Of a DNA stretch of 64,000 nucleotides, positions 44,700-53,948 are shown piece after piece. A model generated the notes under the pieces. It saw only the letters and a list, made by a program, of their open reading frames with translations, was not told the origin of the DNA and ran no database searches. Position numbers and translations under genes: made by a program. Source of the stretch: Candidatus Peregrinibacteria bacterium (GTDB taxonomy: Bacteria > Patescibacteriota > Gracilibacteria > UBA1369 > GCA-2718715); NCBI GenBank assembly GCA_014240275.1, contig JAAZXH010000004.1:11342-75341 (forward strand). Direction: 5' to 3'. Positions within the stretch are counted from its first letter, which is position 1. Every line of letters begins with the position of its first letter.

Positions 44700-47542
44700 A
44701 GCCCTTTAGACCAAAGGTCGTAGATGACTAGTATTGCTTGTTTCCGAGTTAATTGAGTGTTAGGAGGTGTGAGTTTACCTACGCCGTTTATTTTTTTGTA
44801 ATTGGATATGATATCTTGGTGCCACGGATCTTTTTTAGTGTTACCAACTAGTTCTGGTTGTATTGATGTTTTAAGCGCAATTGAAAGAGTTTCGGCAAAG
44901 CTGATTGTGTTTTCTGGTAAGAATTTTCCAAAGTTTAATTCGTCTTTATATCCGCTTACAAATTTATTGTTTGTAGCGGTGTATAGAAAGTCATAATACC
45001 ACTCTTGGTTGTCTTTTGGCACATCTTTATATAGGTTTTTAGACCTATCACTAACTAGTAATTGTGACTGGCTTAGCATGACTCCAATTTTAGTGAATTC
45101 GGCACGATTAAAGTTGGCATTTGGATCTAGTTTTCTAGAACCGTCTTCCATGATTTTTCCTGTAAATATGTTTGCGCAGTAGGCCCAAACGTATTTGTAG
45201 AAATTTGGATCATCTGCTGATATGTCTAGATATGGTAAGTTGATTGTACAAGGCTGATAAGCCTCTTCGGTTTCAGTTTGTGGGATTGATCCGCTTCCAC
45301 GGCGTCCACCACCGCCGCCACCGCCACCGCGATTGTTTGCAATTTCATCGTTGTTGTTTTGATTGTTATCATTATTGTTTTCGTCGTTGTTATCATTATT
45401 GTTTTCGTCGTTGTTGAGGTCAATATCACCTTCAAAAATTCCATCTGCATTTTGAATAAAGGGTACTTGAGCTTCTAAATTTCTTCCAAACAGAATATTA
45501 CCTATAAAAGGTGGGATGAGTAAGTTTTGGTTTTCAATTATTAATGGCCTGATGAATGGTGGAGCGGGGAATACATTTCTATTTCTTGAAATAAATGGTG
45601 GTTCAAGCAATTCTTCGAGTGGAGAAATAAATGGAACTTGAATCACCCTTGGTTGGATTCTAATAAAAGGTACAATTGGATTATCTCTATCGTTTATAGC
45701 TTCTTCGAGCAAGGCTGGAACCTCTATGTCTTCTTCTAGGGCTGGAACCTCTAGAATTTCTTCAATATTGATTAATTCTTCTAGGGCTGGAACTTCTAGA
45801 ATTTCTTCTAATTCTAAGGCTGGAACTTCTATGTCTTCTTCTATAAGGTCTTCTGGAGCTGGTGGTTCCTCAGGATTAAAGGCTTGTGCTGATGGAATAA
45901 GCAGGCTTAGTAAATTGGTTTCAGATTTAGGACTGACTTCTATAATTTGTAATTGGTCGTTTTGAGTTCCAATTAGGTAGTGAAAATTAGCTTTTGAATT
46001 TGTTGTGCAGGTTTTGGATCCTAAAATTTGACAACTATGGATTGTTTTTATTAATTTTTCTCCTGTGTATTGGTTGATATCAAAAGCACTGTTGGAGTCG
46101 ATTTGCCTTACAATTTTAAGTTGTAAATTACTAAAAGCGTCGTTCAATTTTTGAATATCTTGAATATGGAACAGTGGGTCTTGAGTTACTTTCATTGCTT
46201 GGATACGTTTGTTCTGTAGGGTATAGATATTGACTAGTTCTGTGAGATCTGAGTTGGAGTTAATATAAAAACCTTGAAAATTAGGTAGTTTGATTTGTAA
46301 ATTAGTATCTTTTGAATACTCTGCTTTTTTAACTTGAATATTCATGAGCTGATCACAATTTTTTAATAGTTTGCTTTCTTGGCAAAGATGACTTAGATCA
46401 ATATTGCCTTGTTTTTTTGTAACTAGTTGAGTTGTGTTTTCAATTTTATTATTAACTGGGCTTTGGAAAAGTTGCACGTTTGAGTTTGCTAATAAATGAG
46501 CAAAACTTGGATCAAATGATGTTAACTCTTTTTGTTGGAATAATATTTTTTTTCTTAAGTTGCTAAAGTTGCTATTGAGTTTAAAAGTGATTAATGTTTG
46601 ATCTAGAACGCTAAGGCCTGTTTGAAAATACTGTTTCGTGAGATACATTTTTTGAAGATCAAATTGGCTTTTAAGTCGGCTGAGGTTGTTTAAAAATAAA
46701 TATTGTTTGTATGGGCTTAGATTGTTTTTTTTAAAAATTTGAGGATATTGGCTTAAGTCTTGTTTGAGGTCTTTGATGTTTTCAGAATTATATATTCCGT
46801 TAATTAAAAACTTTAGATTGGTTTTTTTGCTAGTTAGTAGATTGCTAAGTAGATTTTTGTGTATATTTGATTGTTCTTTAAAATCCTTTGGTGAGTTTTT
46901 GGCAAGATCAAAGTAGCTAGCTGCTTTGTTTAAGTTATGTACTTTGTTTATTAATAGGCTAGTAAATTCACTAGGCATTAGATCGTTGTTTTTTTCGATC
47001 TGGATTGCAAATAAATGCGGATATGTACTTTTGTAGTTTTGAAACGATAGATTACTCGAGTTTGGTTGTTTGATTTGGATGAAATCAATTAAATTAAAAC
47101 TCTTCCAGGCGGTATTTTGTATATCTAATTTTGGATTTTTTAACTGTGATAGAATCGTTTGTAAGGGATTTTGACTTTCAAAAACTAATACTATGCTTGG
47201 GGTTTGGATGTCTGGGTCTTGATGATAGATTATTTGTGTTTTTTGACTTATAAGATCGTAGAGTGCTAAATTATTGAAAACGGAATATTTGTTTTCAGTT
47301 TGATTTAGAAACTTAGTGAATTCTTTAATGCTGAGTTTGTTGATTTTTTTAGATTGAGCAGAGCTTAATTTTTCAATTTTATTTTTTGATTGTGGGGTGT
47401 TGTTTTGTAGAGATCCTTGTAAGTTTTCAAATTTCGGGTTTAATAAATATATCCCAGCAATTATGAATCCAATTATTATAGTAGTAAGTGTCTGTTTTTT
47501 AGTAATATGCATATACTTGTTTAAATCTTTATATTGTATCAT
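44678..47542 (-). CDS. large cell-surface protein: N-terminal TM anchor, long Asn/Gln/Lys-rich region, three low-complexity repeat blocks, C-terminal SLH-like domains
   Basis: 954 aa. The TM helix is 'TLTTIIIGFIIAGIYLL'. Repeat blocks are (E)EI(L/E)VPALE x5, PPFI/VPFI x6, an N/D-rich block and a G8 run. The C-terminal 'DIS.DDP.FYKYVWAYCANIFTGK....FNRAEFTKIGVML' and 'YKDVPKDNQEWYYDFLYTATNNKFVSGYKD....F.PENTISFAETLSIALK' fit the SLH consensus. Confidence 0.7.
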   Translation of the reverse strand: MIQYKDLNKYMHITKKQTLTTIIIGFIIAGIYLLNPKFENLQGSLQNNTPQSKNKIEKLSSAQSKKINKLSIKEFTKFLNQTENKYSVFNNLALYDLISQKTQIIYHQDPDIQTPSIVLVFESQNPLQTILSQLKNPKLDIQNTAWKSFNLIDFIQIKQPNSSNLSFQNYKSTYPHLFAIQIEKNNDLMPSEFTSLLINKVHNLNKAASYFDLAKNSPKDFKEQSNIHKNLLSNLLTSKKTNLKFLINGIYNSENIKDLKQDLSQYPQIFKKNNLSPYKQYLFLNNLSRLKSQFDLQKMYLTKQYFQTGLSVLDQTLITFKLNSNFSNLRKKILFQQKELTSFDPSFAHLLANSNVQLFQSPVNNKIENTTQLVTKKQGNIDLSHLCQESKLLKNCDQLMNIQVKKAEYSKDTNLQIKLPNFQGFYINSNSDLTELVNIYTLQNKRIQAMKVTQDPLFHIQDIQKLNDAFSNLQLKIVRQIDSNSAFDINQYTGEKLIKTIHSCQILGSKTCTTNSKANFHYLIGTQNDQLQIIEVSPKSETNLLSLLIPSAQAFNPEEPPAPEDLIEEDIEVPALELEEILEVPALEELINIEEILEVPALEEDIEVPALLEEAINDRDNPIVPFIRIQPRVIQVPFISPLEELLEPPFISRNRNVFPAPPFIRPLIIENQNLLIPPFIGNILFGRNLEAQVPFIQNADGIFEGDIDLNNDENNNDNNDENNNDNNQNNNDEIANNRGGGGGGGGRRGSGSIPQTETEEAYQPCTINLPYLDISADDPNFYKYVWAYCANIFTGKIMEDGSRKLDPNANFNRAEFTKIGVMLSQSQLLVSDRSKNLYKDVPKDNQEWYYDFLYTATNNKFVSGYKDELNFGKFLPENTISFAETLSIALKTSIQPELVGNTKKDPWHQDIISNYKKINGVGKLTPPNTQLTRKQAILVIYDLWSKGLYGEKFM

Positions 47543-47606
47543 TTTTTAATAAAAATAACAAGTTGTTTACTTCATTTTGAGTTTGGTTATATAATTAACG
47601 TACGTA

Positions 47607-48170
47607 ATGTCATTTATGAAAATTTATACAAAAACTGGAGATAAAGGTCAAAGTTCACTTTTTAGTGGTGAAAGAGTTTCAAAAAATCATTTACGGTTGC
47701 AGGTTTATGGAGAGTTGGATCACTTAAATGTGGTAGTAGCACAGTTGGGTTTACTAGTACCTGCTAGTGAAAAGGAATTGCTTGCTGAATTGCAATTTGT
47801 GCAAGACAGGGTGTTTACGGCTTCGAGTCAGTTGGCTACGGTTGATCAAACTCGTTTACCTGCTAGTTTTAGACCAATTGCTGAGGAAGACATTGTACAG
47901 TTGGAGCGCTTTATTGATCAGCTTTCTGAACAATTACCGGTTTTAAGTTCATTTGTGATTCCTGGTGGGAATCAAGCTAATGTTTCGGCTAATTTGGCTC
48001 GGGTAATAACCCGTAAAACTGAAAGGTTGTTAGTTGAACTAATGAAACAGGAAGAATTGCCGGCTGTGATTTTACAATTTTTAAACCGTTTGTCGGATTG
48101 GTTTTTCACAGTATCAAGGTTTGTAATTCATATTTCTCAGGAGCAAGAGGTAATGTGGAGGGCGAAATAA
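47607..48170 (+). CDS. PduO-type ATP:cob(I)alamin adenosyltransferase family protein
   Basis: 187 aa with 'MKIYTKTGDKGQSSLFSGERVSKN..R...YGE.DHLN'. Confidence 0.85.
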   Translation: MSFMKIYTKTGDKGQSSLFSGERVSKNHLRLQVYGELDHLNVVVAQLGLLVPASEKELLAELQFVQDRVFTASSQLATVDQTRLPASFRPIAEEDIVQLERFIDQLSEQLPVLSSFVIPGGNQANVSANLARVITRKTERLLVELMKQEELPAVILQFLNRLSDWFFTVSRFVIHISQEQEVMWRAK

Positions 48171-48189
48171 ACTTGCTAAATACAGGTTT

Positions 48190-48960
48190 TTGTATTATCC
48201 TTTGCTGGTAATAATGAGACTTATGTTGAGCTTAAAAAATTTATCTGTTTCGGCCGATTCTAAACAAATTTTACAGGATATTAATTTAGAAATTGGCCCT
48301 TCTGAAATTCACTGTGTAATGGGGCCAAATGGTTCTGGTAAGTCTACGTTGGTAAATAGTTTGATGGGTCACCCGAAATATAGTGTTGATGCAGAGCAAA
48401 TGAGTTTTCAGGGTAAAGACTTGCAGGAGCTTGAACCTTTTGAACGTGCACGTTTGGGTATTTTTTTAGCCCAGCAGTATCCAAAAGAAATTCCGGGAGT
48501 TAATTTTTTAAACTTTTTAACAGCAGCTTTTAATGGTTGTCATTCTGAAATTGAGAGTTTTAAACCTATGAAGGCTTTTAAAATGAAAAAAAAGATTATG
48601 CCATTGCTTGAAGATTTGAATTTAAATCCAGATTTTTTAAAGCGATATTTGAATCATGGTTTTTCTGGAGGAGAAAAAAAGAAGGCAGAAATTTTACAAC
48701 TGCAACTTTTAGATCCAAACTTAGCATTGTTAGATGAAACTGATTCTGGGCTTGATGTCGATGCCTTGAGAATAGTTGGAGAAGGAGTTTCTAAGTTTGT
48801 AAATTCTGAGAAGTCAGTTTTAATTGTGACTCATTACCAAAGGATTTTAGAATACTTAAAGCCAGATTTTGTTCATATTATTAAGGATGGTCGTTTGGTA
48901 AAAAGTGGTGGAGCTGATTTGGCTAGAAAAATTGAAAAAGAAGGATTTAACTGGGTTTAA
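48190..48960 (+). CDS. sufC: Fe-S cluster assembly ATPase SufC
   Basis: Walker A 'GPNGSGKST', 'GFSGGEKKKAEILQL' and 'LDETDSGLD'. The real start is probably Met12 (MLSLKNLSV, about nt 48223). Confidence 0.93.
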   Translation: MYYPLLVIMRLMLSLKNLSVSADSKQILQDINLEIGPSEIHCVMGPNGSGKSTLVNSLMGHPKYSVDAEQMSFQGKDLQELEPFERARLGIFLAQQYPKEIPGVNFLNFLTAAFNGCHSEIESFKPMKAFKMKKKIMPLLEDLNLNPDFLKRYLNHGFSGGEKKKAEILQLQLLDPNLALLDETDSGLDVDALRIVGEGVSKFVNSEKSVLIVTHYQRILEYLKPDFVHIIKDGRLVKSGGADLARKIEKEGFNWV

Positions 48961-50363
48961 TGAATGATGCAATTTTTGCAGGTTTAGATCGGGAGGTTTT
49001 TGATAAGCACAATGATTATGCTTACCAAGATCAATTTGATAAAGGATTGAATGAACAGTTGATTCGCTCTATTTCTAAAGATAAAGAAGAGCCTGAATGG
49101 ATGTTGGAATTTCGTTTAAAAGCTTTGCAAGAATTTAGAGAACTAAAGTTTCCAAAATGGGGTCCTGATTTGCAAGATTTAGATTTAGAACAAATTACTT
49201 ATTTTGCTAAGGCGGATGCAAATAAAAATGCTAAAAGTTGGGATGAAGTTCCAGATGATATTAAGGAAACTTTTGAGAAGCTTGGAATTCCAGAGGCTGA
49301 GCGTAAGGTTTTGGCAGGAGTTGGAGCTCAATATGAAAGTGAGGTGGTGTATCATAAATTAAAAGAGGAGTGGGAAGGTCAGGGTGTTATTTTTGAAGAT
49401 TGTGATATTGCGATTAAAAAATATCCAGAGCTTTTTAAAAAACACTTTATGAAATGTGTACCAGTTCGTGATCATAAGTTTGCAGCTTTGCATGCAGCTG
49501 TATGGAGTGGGGGAACTTTCTTATATGTACCAAAGGGTGTGAAGTTGACAGAACCTTTACAGGCTTACTTTCGAATGAATGCTCCTGGACAGGGTCAATT
49601 TGAACATACTTTGATTATTATTGAAGATGAGGCCGAAGCTCATTATATTGAAGGTTGTTCAGCTCCGAAATATGGAGAAAATGCCTTGCATGCTGGTTGT
49701 GTTGAAATTTTTGTGGGTAAAAATGCAAAAATGCGTTACTCTAGTGTGGAAAACTGGAGTAAAGATACTTACAACTTAAATACTAAGCGAGCTGTGGTTG
49801 CTGAAAACTCAACTATGGAATGGGTAGGCGGCAATATGGGTTCAGGAGTTACGATGTTGTATCCATGTACTATTTTGAAAGGTCGGGGAGCGCACGCTGA
49901 CCATTTAGGAATTGCCTTTGCAAATGAAGGTCAATTACAAGACACTGGAGCGAAAGTGATTTGTGCAGCCGATGATACTAGTTGTAATGTGGTGATGAAA
50001 TCTCTTTCAAAAGCTGGTGGTATTTCGGTTTACCGAGGACTGTTAAAAGTTATGCCAAATTGTAAAAATGTAGCTTGTCGAGTTGAATGTGATGCTTTGA
50101 TTTTAGATGAAATTTCTCGTTCTGATACTATTCCGGATATGCAAATTTTGTCGGATGATGTTTCGATTGCTCATGAGGCGCGAGCCGGTAAAATTAACGA
50201 AGATGATTTATTTTATTTGATGAGTAAGGGGATCGAAGAAGAAACAGCTATGGCTATGATCGTTAATGGTTTTATAGATCCAATTGTACGTGAACTTCCT
50301 ATGGAATATGCTGTAGAAATGAATCGCTTAATAGAACTTGAAATGGAAGGCTCGGTTGGCTAA
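48960..50363 (+). CDS. sufB: Fe-S cluster assembly scaffold SufB
   Basis: 467 aa with a conserved SufB N-terminal region and beta-helix core, plus the C-terminal 'HEARAGKINEDDLFYLMSKGI'. The start overlaps the sufC stop (TAATG). Confidence 0.93.
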   Translation: MNDAIFAGLDREVFDKHNDYAYQDQFDKGLNEQLIRSISKDKEEPEWMLEFRLKALQEFRELKFPKWGPDLQDLDLEQITYFAKADANKNAKSWDEVPDDIKETFEKLGIPEAERKVLAGVGAQYESEVVYHKLKEEWEGQGVIFEDCDIAIKKYPELFKKHFMKCVPVRDHKFAALHAAVWSGGTFLYVPKGVKLTEPLQAYFRMNAPGQGQFEHTLIIIEDEAEAHYIEGCSAPKYGENALHAGCVEIFVGKNAKMRYSSVENWSKDTYNLNTKRAVVAENSTMEWVGGNMGSGVTMLYPCTILKGRGAHADHLGIAFANEGQLQDTGAKVICAADDTSCNVVMKSLSKAGGISVYRGLLKVMPNCKNVACRVECDALILDEISRSDTIPDMQILSDDVSIAHEARAGKINEDDLFYLMSKGIEEETAMAMIVNGFIDPIVRELPMEYAVEMNRLIELEMEGSVG

Positions 50364-50372
50364 TTACAATTT

Positions 50373-51230
50373 ATGAATGATAAAAAATTATTAAAATCTC
50401 CGATCAAGAATTTGCTTGAAATTTATGATATAAAGCCTTTTTTAAAGGTTGCGGGTAATCAAAAAATAGACTTGTGTCAGCAGGGTATAAGTTTTGAAAA
50501 TAAGGAGATGAAAATTTTGGCTGGGGAGCCGGTGAGTCTAGATTTATCAGAGTCTGATTATTCAGGTTTACAGATTTCATTAGATAAAAATGCAGTTTTG
50601 AATTTGAATGTTTTTGAAAATCAATACTTGAGTAATTTAAATATTGAAATTTTAGATGGAGCCTCTTTAAAATTGAATATTATTAAAAAAGCTTCAGAGC
50701 AGATTTTGAATTTGCAAATTAAAATTGCAAGTAATGCCAGGCTTGAGTTAAATACTCTTGGGGTTTGTGATCATATGCAGGTGTTTGATGTACAAGTTTT
50801 GTGTGAAGGAAAAAATTCCACATTAGATATTGCTCATTTGAGTTCTTGTAGTGCTAAGGCCAAGGCATCTGATAGATTTAGTTTAAATTTTTTGAACCAA
50901 AATAATAAGGCGGATATGTTATTGCAAACTTTGGCTATGGACTATTCTAAGGTCCAAAGTTTAGGAAAGATCAATATATCTGAGAAGGCACGTTTAACTG
51001 ATTCTAATATGAAGCAGGAAGTCTTATTGTTAGATAAATCTGCGACAGCTTTAGCTGTTCCGGAATTAGTGATTTGTACAAATGATGTTAAGGCTGGTCA
51101 CGGAGTTAGTATTGCTAAAATTGATGCTGAGAAATTATTTTATTTGATGAGTCGAGGTTTGAGTCGAAGTCAATCTTTTGATTTAATTGTTGAGTCTTAT
51201 AGACAAGTGATGTTAGAAAGAATGCAGTAA
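50373..51230 (+). CDS. sufD: Fe-S cluster assembly protein SufD (short form)
   Basis: 285 aa with the SufB/D C-terminal core 'AGHGVSIAKIDAEKLFYLMSRGL', in the operon position after sufB. Confidence 0.7.
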   Translation: MNDKKLLKSPIKNLLEIYDIKPFLKVAGNQKIDLCQQGISFENKEMKILAGEPVSLDLSESDYSGLQISLDKNAVLNLNVFENQYLSNLNIEILDGASLKLNIIKKASEQILNLQIKIASNARLELNTLGVCDHMQVFDVQVLCEGKNSTLDIAHLSSCSAKAKASDRFSLNFLNQNNKADMLLQTLAMDYSKVQSLGKINISEKARLTDSNMKQEVLLLDKSATALAVPELVICTNDVKAGHGVSIAKIDAEKLFYLMSRGLSRSQSFDLIVESYRQVMLERMQ

Positions 51231-51288
51231 TTAGCTTTGGTTTGCATAATTTAAAATTTATGTTACTATAGCAGGGCTAAATAAAGTT

Positions 51289-52473
51289 ATGTTCAAACAA
51301 TATTTTCCAATTTTTAAAAACCAAGAGGATTTAGTTTATCTGGATTCTGCTGCTACGACTTTAAAGCCAGCCGTTTTATTGCAAAGTTTGGAAGGTTATT
51401 ATGAAAATTATACGGCAAATGTTCATCGAGGTTTGTATCCAAACGCAGAAAAAGTAACAGAGGAGTTTGATCAAGCTCGAACTGTTGTTGCTAATTTAAT
51501 TAATGCCAATTCGAATGAAATTGTTTTTACCCACAATGCAACTGATGCGTTAAATACTATTGCTTTGGCTTTGGATAGTCAGCAGTTACAAGGTCGAAAA
51601 GTTTTAATTTCTGAATCTGAGCATCATAGTAATTTAGTGGTATGGCAGGAGTTTGCAAAACGTAACAAGCTAGAACTTTGTATAGTAGAATATGCCGAAA
51701 ATTGGGAACAAGATTTATTAGACCAGATAGATGATTCAGTTGCTTTGCTTGGACTTTCTTTGATGAGCAACGTGACAGGGTTGAGACCTCAAAGTTTAGA
51801 TAAAATTATGAAAAAGGCCTCAGGATCTAAGGTTATAACTGTTTTAGATGCTTGTCAGTCGATTGTGCATCAGCAAGATGATGTGAAAGCTTTAAATTGT
51901 GATTTTTTGGTTTTTTCAGCTCATAAACTGTATGGTCCAACTGGTCTTGGGATTTTGTATATTAAATCAAATTTAATGCAGCTTTTAAATCCAGTCCGAT
52001 TTGGTGGTGGAATGGTGGAAGATGTTCAACGGTCTCAAAGTTCTTATCTTGAAGGCCCTATGAAGTTTGAGGCCGGTACTCCAAATATTGCTGCGGTTTT
52101 GGCTTTTGCAAAGGTCTTGGAGTTTTTAAGAGAAATTAGTTTTGAAAAAATTTATATTTATGAACTAGAATTAGCAAAATATTTACACCAGCAATTATCT
52201 CAGTTATCTGGCTTTAAAGTTTTGGGAGGTTTGCAGTCTGTTCGAACTTTATATGCTTTAGATTTTGATATGGTTCATTCCCATGACTTAGCTTATGGTT
52301 TAGGTATGAAAAACATTTGTGTTAGAGCTGGTCAGCATTGTACTAACCCCTTACATGCTAGTTTGGATAGTCGAGCAAGTTTGCGAGTTAGTTTGGGGAT
52401 GTATAATACTTGTGAAGATATTGATAAATTTGTTTTGGAGCTTAAAAAAGTACTTAATTTTTTTAAGAAATAG
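51289..52473 (+). CDS. sufS: cysteine desulfurase SufS (class II aminotransferase V)
   Basis: 394 aa with the PLP lysine in 'FSAHKLYGPTG' and the active-site Cys in 'RAGQHCTNPL'. Confidence 0.9.
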   Translation: MFKQYFPIFKNQEDLVYLDSAATTLKPAVLLQSLEGYYENYTANVHRGLYPNAEKVTEEFDQARTVVANLINANSNEIVFTHNATDALNTIALALDSQQLQGRKVLISESEHHSNLVVWQEFAKRNKLELCIVEYAENWEQDLLDQIDDSVALLGLSLMSNVTGLRPQSLDKIMKKASGSKVITVLDACQSIVHQQDDVKALNCDFLVFSAHKLYGPTGLGILYIKSNLMQLLNPVRFGGGMVEDVQRSQSSYLEGPMKFEAGTPNIAAVLAFAKVLEFLREISFEKIYIYELELAKYLHQQLSQLSGFKVLGGLQSVRTLYALDFDMVHSHDLAYGLGMKNICVRAGQHCTNPLHASLDSRASLRVSLGMYNTCEDIDKFVLELKKVLNFFKK

Positions 52474-52476
52474 TTT

Positions 52477-52839
52477 ATGAATATTTATTACCAAAATATT
52501 ATGGATCATTTTCATAACCCTGAGTGTTATGTTAAGTTAACTGATTATACAACTTGTTTTGAATTAAAAAACTTAAGTTGTGGTGATCAAATTAAAGTTT
52601 ATTTAAAGTTAGAAGGTGATATTTTAAAAGATGTAAGTTTTGAAGGAGAAGGTTGTGCTATATCTCAGGCAGCAGCCTCTATGTTTTTAAGTGAAATTAT
52701 TGGTAAGTCTAAAAAAGAAATTTTAGATTTGGATAAGCAGTTTATTCTTGATTTAATAGAAATGCACCTTTCTCCAGTAAGATTGAAGTGTGCTTTGTTG
52801 TGTATGGAAGCTGTTAAAAAGGCAATTCTTAGTTTATAA
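52477..52839 (+). CDS. sufU: SufU/IscU-like sulfur-transfer protein
   Basis: 120 aa with 'SCGDQIKVYL', 'GEGCAISQAAASM' and a C-terminal 'RLKCALL'. Confidence 0.85.
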   Translation: MNIYYQNIMDHFHNPECYVKLTDYTTCFELKNLSCGDQIKVYLKLEGDILKDVSFEGEGCAISQAAASMFLSEIIGKSKKEILDLDKQFILDLIEMHLSPVRLKCALLCMEAVKKAILSL

Positions 52840-53932
52840 ATTTTTCGTGATATTTTTGAATGTACTCTGTTGCGAATTCCTCGTACTGGTCTATTTCCGG
52901 TATGTAGGCTTTTTCGTTATTACCGTGTGAGTTTTCTTTTTTAATTCCGTTAATAATGCATGGTATTGCTTTTTTTTGGAAGTATCTTGCATCTGACCCC
53001 CCGTGTTCTTTAATGATTGCAATTTCGGTATTTAAAAGTTTGTTTAGCATTTCTTTGGCTAGATCAATGTGTGGGTGTCCAGAGGAAATATTGAAGGCTG
53101 GAGATTCAAAAATGTCAATTTTTACAGTTTCTGAATGATATTTATTTAAGATGTTTAAAATATTATTGTGCTCTTTGCTGCTGCAAGTTCTAATGTCTAG
53201 AGTAAGTTTGGCTTGGTTTGGAATTTGGTTCACGGATTCTCCAGAGTGAATTTGAGTAGGCGCGATTGTACTGTGATAGTCTGAGTTTTGATTATTTGGA
53301 AATTCTTTTTGTATATTATGAAAAACTTCAATCAGTTTTGGGATTGGGTTTTTTCCTTCCCAGGGACGGGAACTGTGACAAGAAAAACCTTTGCAAGAAA
53401 TGGTTGCAACTATAAAGCCTTTTTGACCGATTACTATTTTGTCTAGGCCAGAACCACTGTCTGGCATTAAAACGCTTTCAGGATTGTATTTGAAGCTTTC
53501 TAGGCAGTGTTTTGTGCCGTGACTACCTCCTATTTCTTCGTCGCATGGCAAGAAGAGTCCAATGTTTAAATTTGGATTTTTGTTAAATAGTTTAATAAAG
53601 GTGTTGATCGAGGCTGCGGCAGCACCTAACATATCGCCACTACCTCTTCCTATTAGCCAGTTATCTTCAATTTTTGCTTCAAATTGTTCTAGACTTGCAT
53701 CTACTACATCTAAGTGGGCATATAGGCAAACGCTAGGGTTTAGTAAGTTTTGACTGCCTACAATTAGGCTTGGATATTGTTTGTGAATAATTTTTTGAAT
53801 TTTAGGTAGTTGGTGGCAATTTTTTTGAATATATTCACTGACGAAGTCGCAGATTTTTGAGAGATTATCTTGTTGGCTAGATATGGGTTTTAGCTTGATC
53901 AGCTCGATACATAAATTGACGTTACTTAGCAT
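52829..53932 (-). CDS. M20-family metallopeptidase/deacylase (ArgE/DapE-like)
   Basis: 367 aa with 'YAHLDVV', 'GRGSGDMLG' and 'CDEEIGGSHG'. The 3' end overlaps sufU by 11 nt. Confidence 0.8.
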   Translation of the reverse strand: MLSNVNLCIELIKLKPISSQQDNLSKICDFVSEYIQKNCHQLPKIQKIIHKQYPSLIVGSQNLLNPSVCLYAHLDVVDASLEQFEAKIEDNWLIGRGSGDMLGAAAASINTFIKLFNKNPNLNIGLFLPCDEEIGGSHGTKHCLESFKYNPESVLMPDSGSGLDKIVIGQKGFIVATISCKGFSCHSSRPWEGKNPIPKLIEVFHNIQKEFPNNQNSDYHSTIAPTQIHSGESVNQIPNQAKLTLDIRTCSSKEHNNILNILNKYHSETVKIDIFESPAFNISSGHPHIDLAKEMLNKLLNTEIAIIKEHGGSDARYFQKKAIPCIINGIKKENSHGNNEKAYIPEIDQYEEFATEYIQKYHEKFIN

Positions 53933-53948
53933 AATAAAATGTTAATGA

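Noticed and set aside
45300-45900. Short tandem DNA repeats that could be mistaken for a CRISPR-like or satellite array
   Set aside because: The repeats are in frame within the 954-aa ORF and encode EVPALE, PFI, N/D and poly-Gly blocks. They lack unique spacers of constant length.
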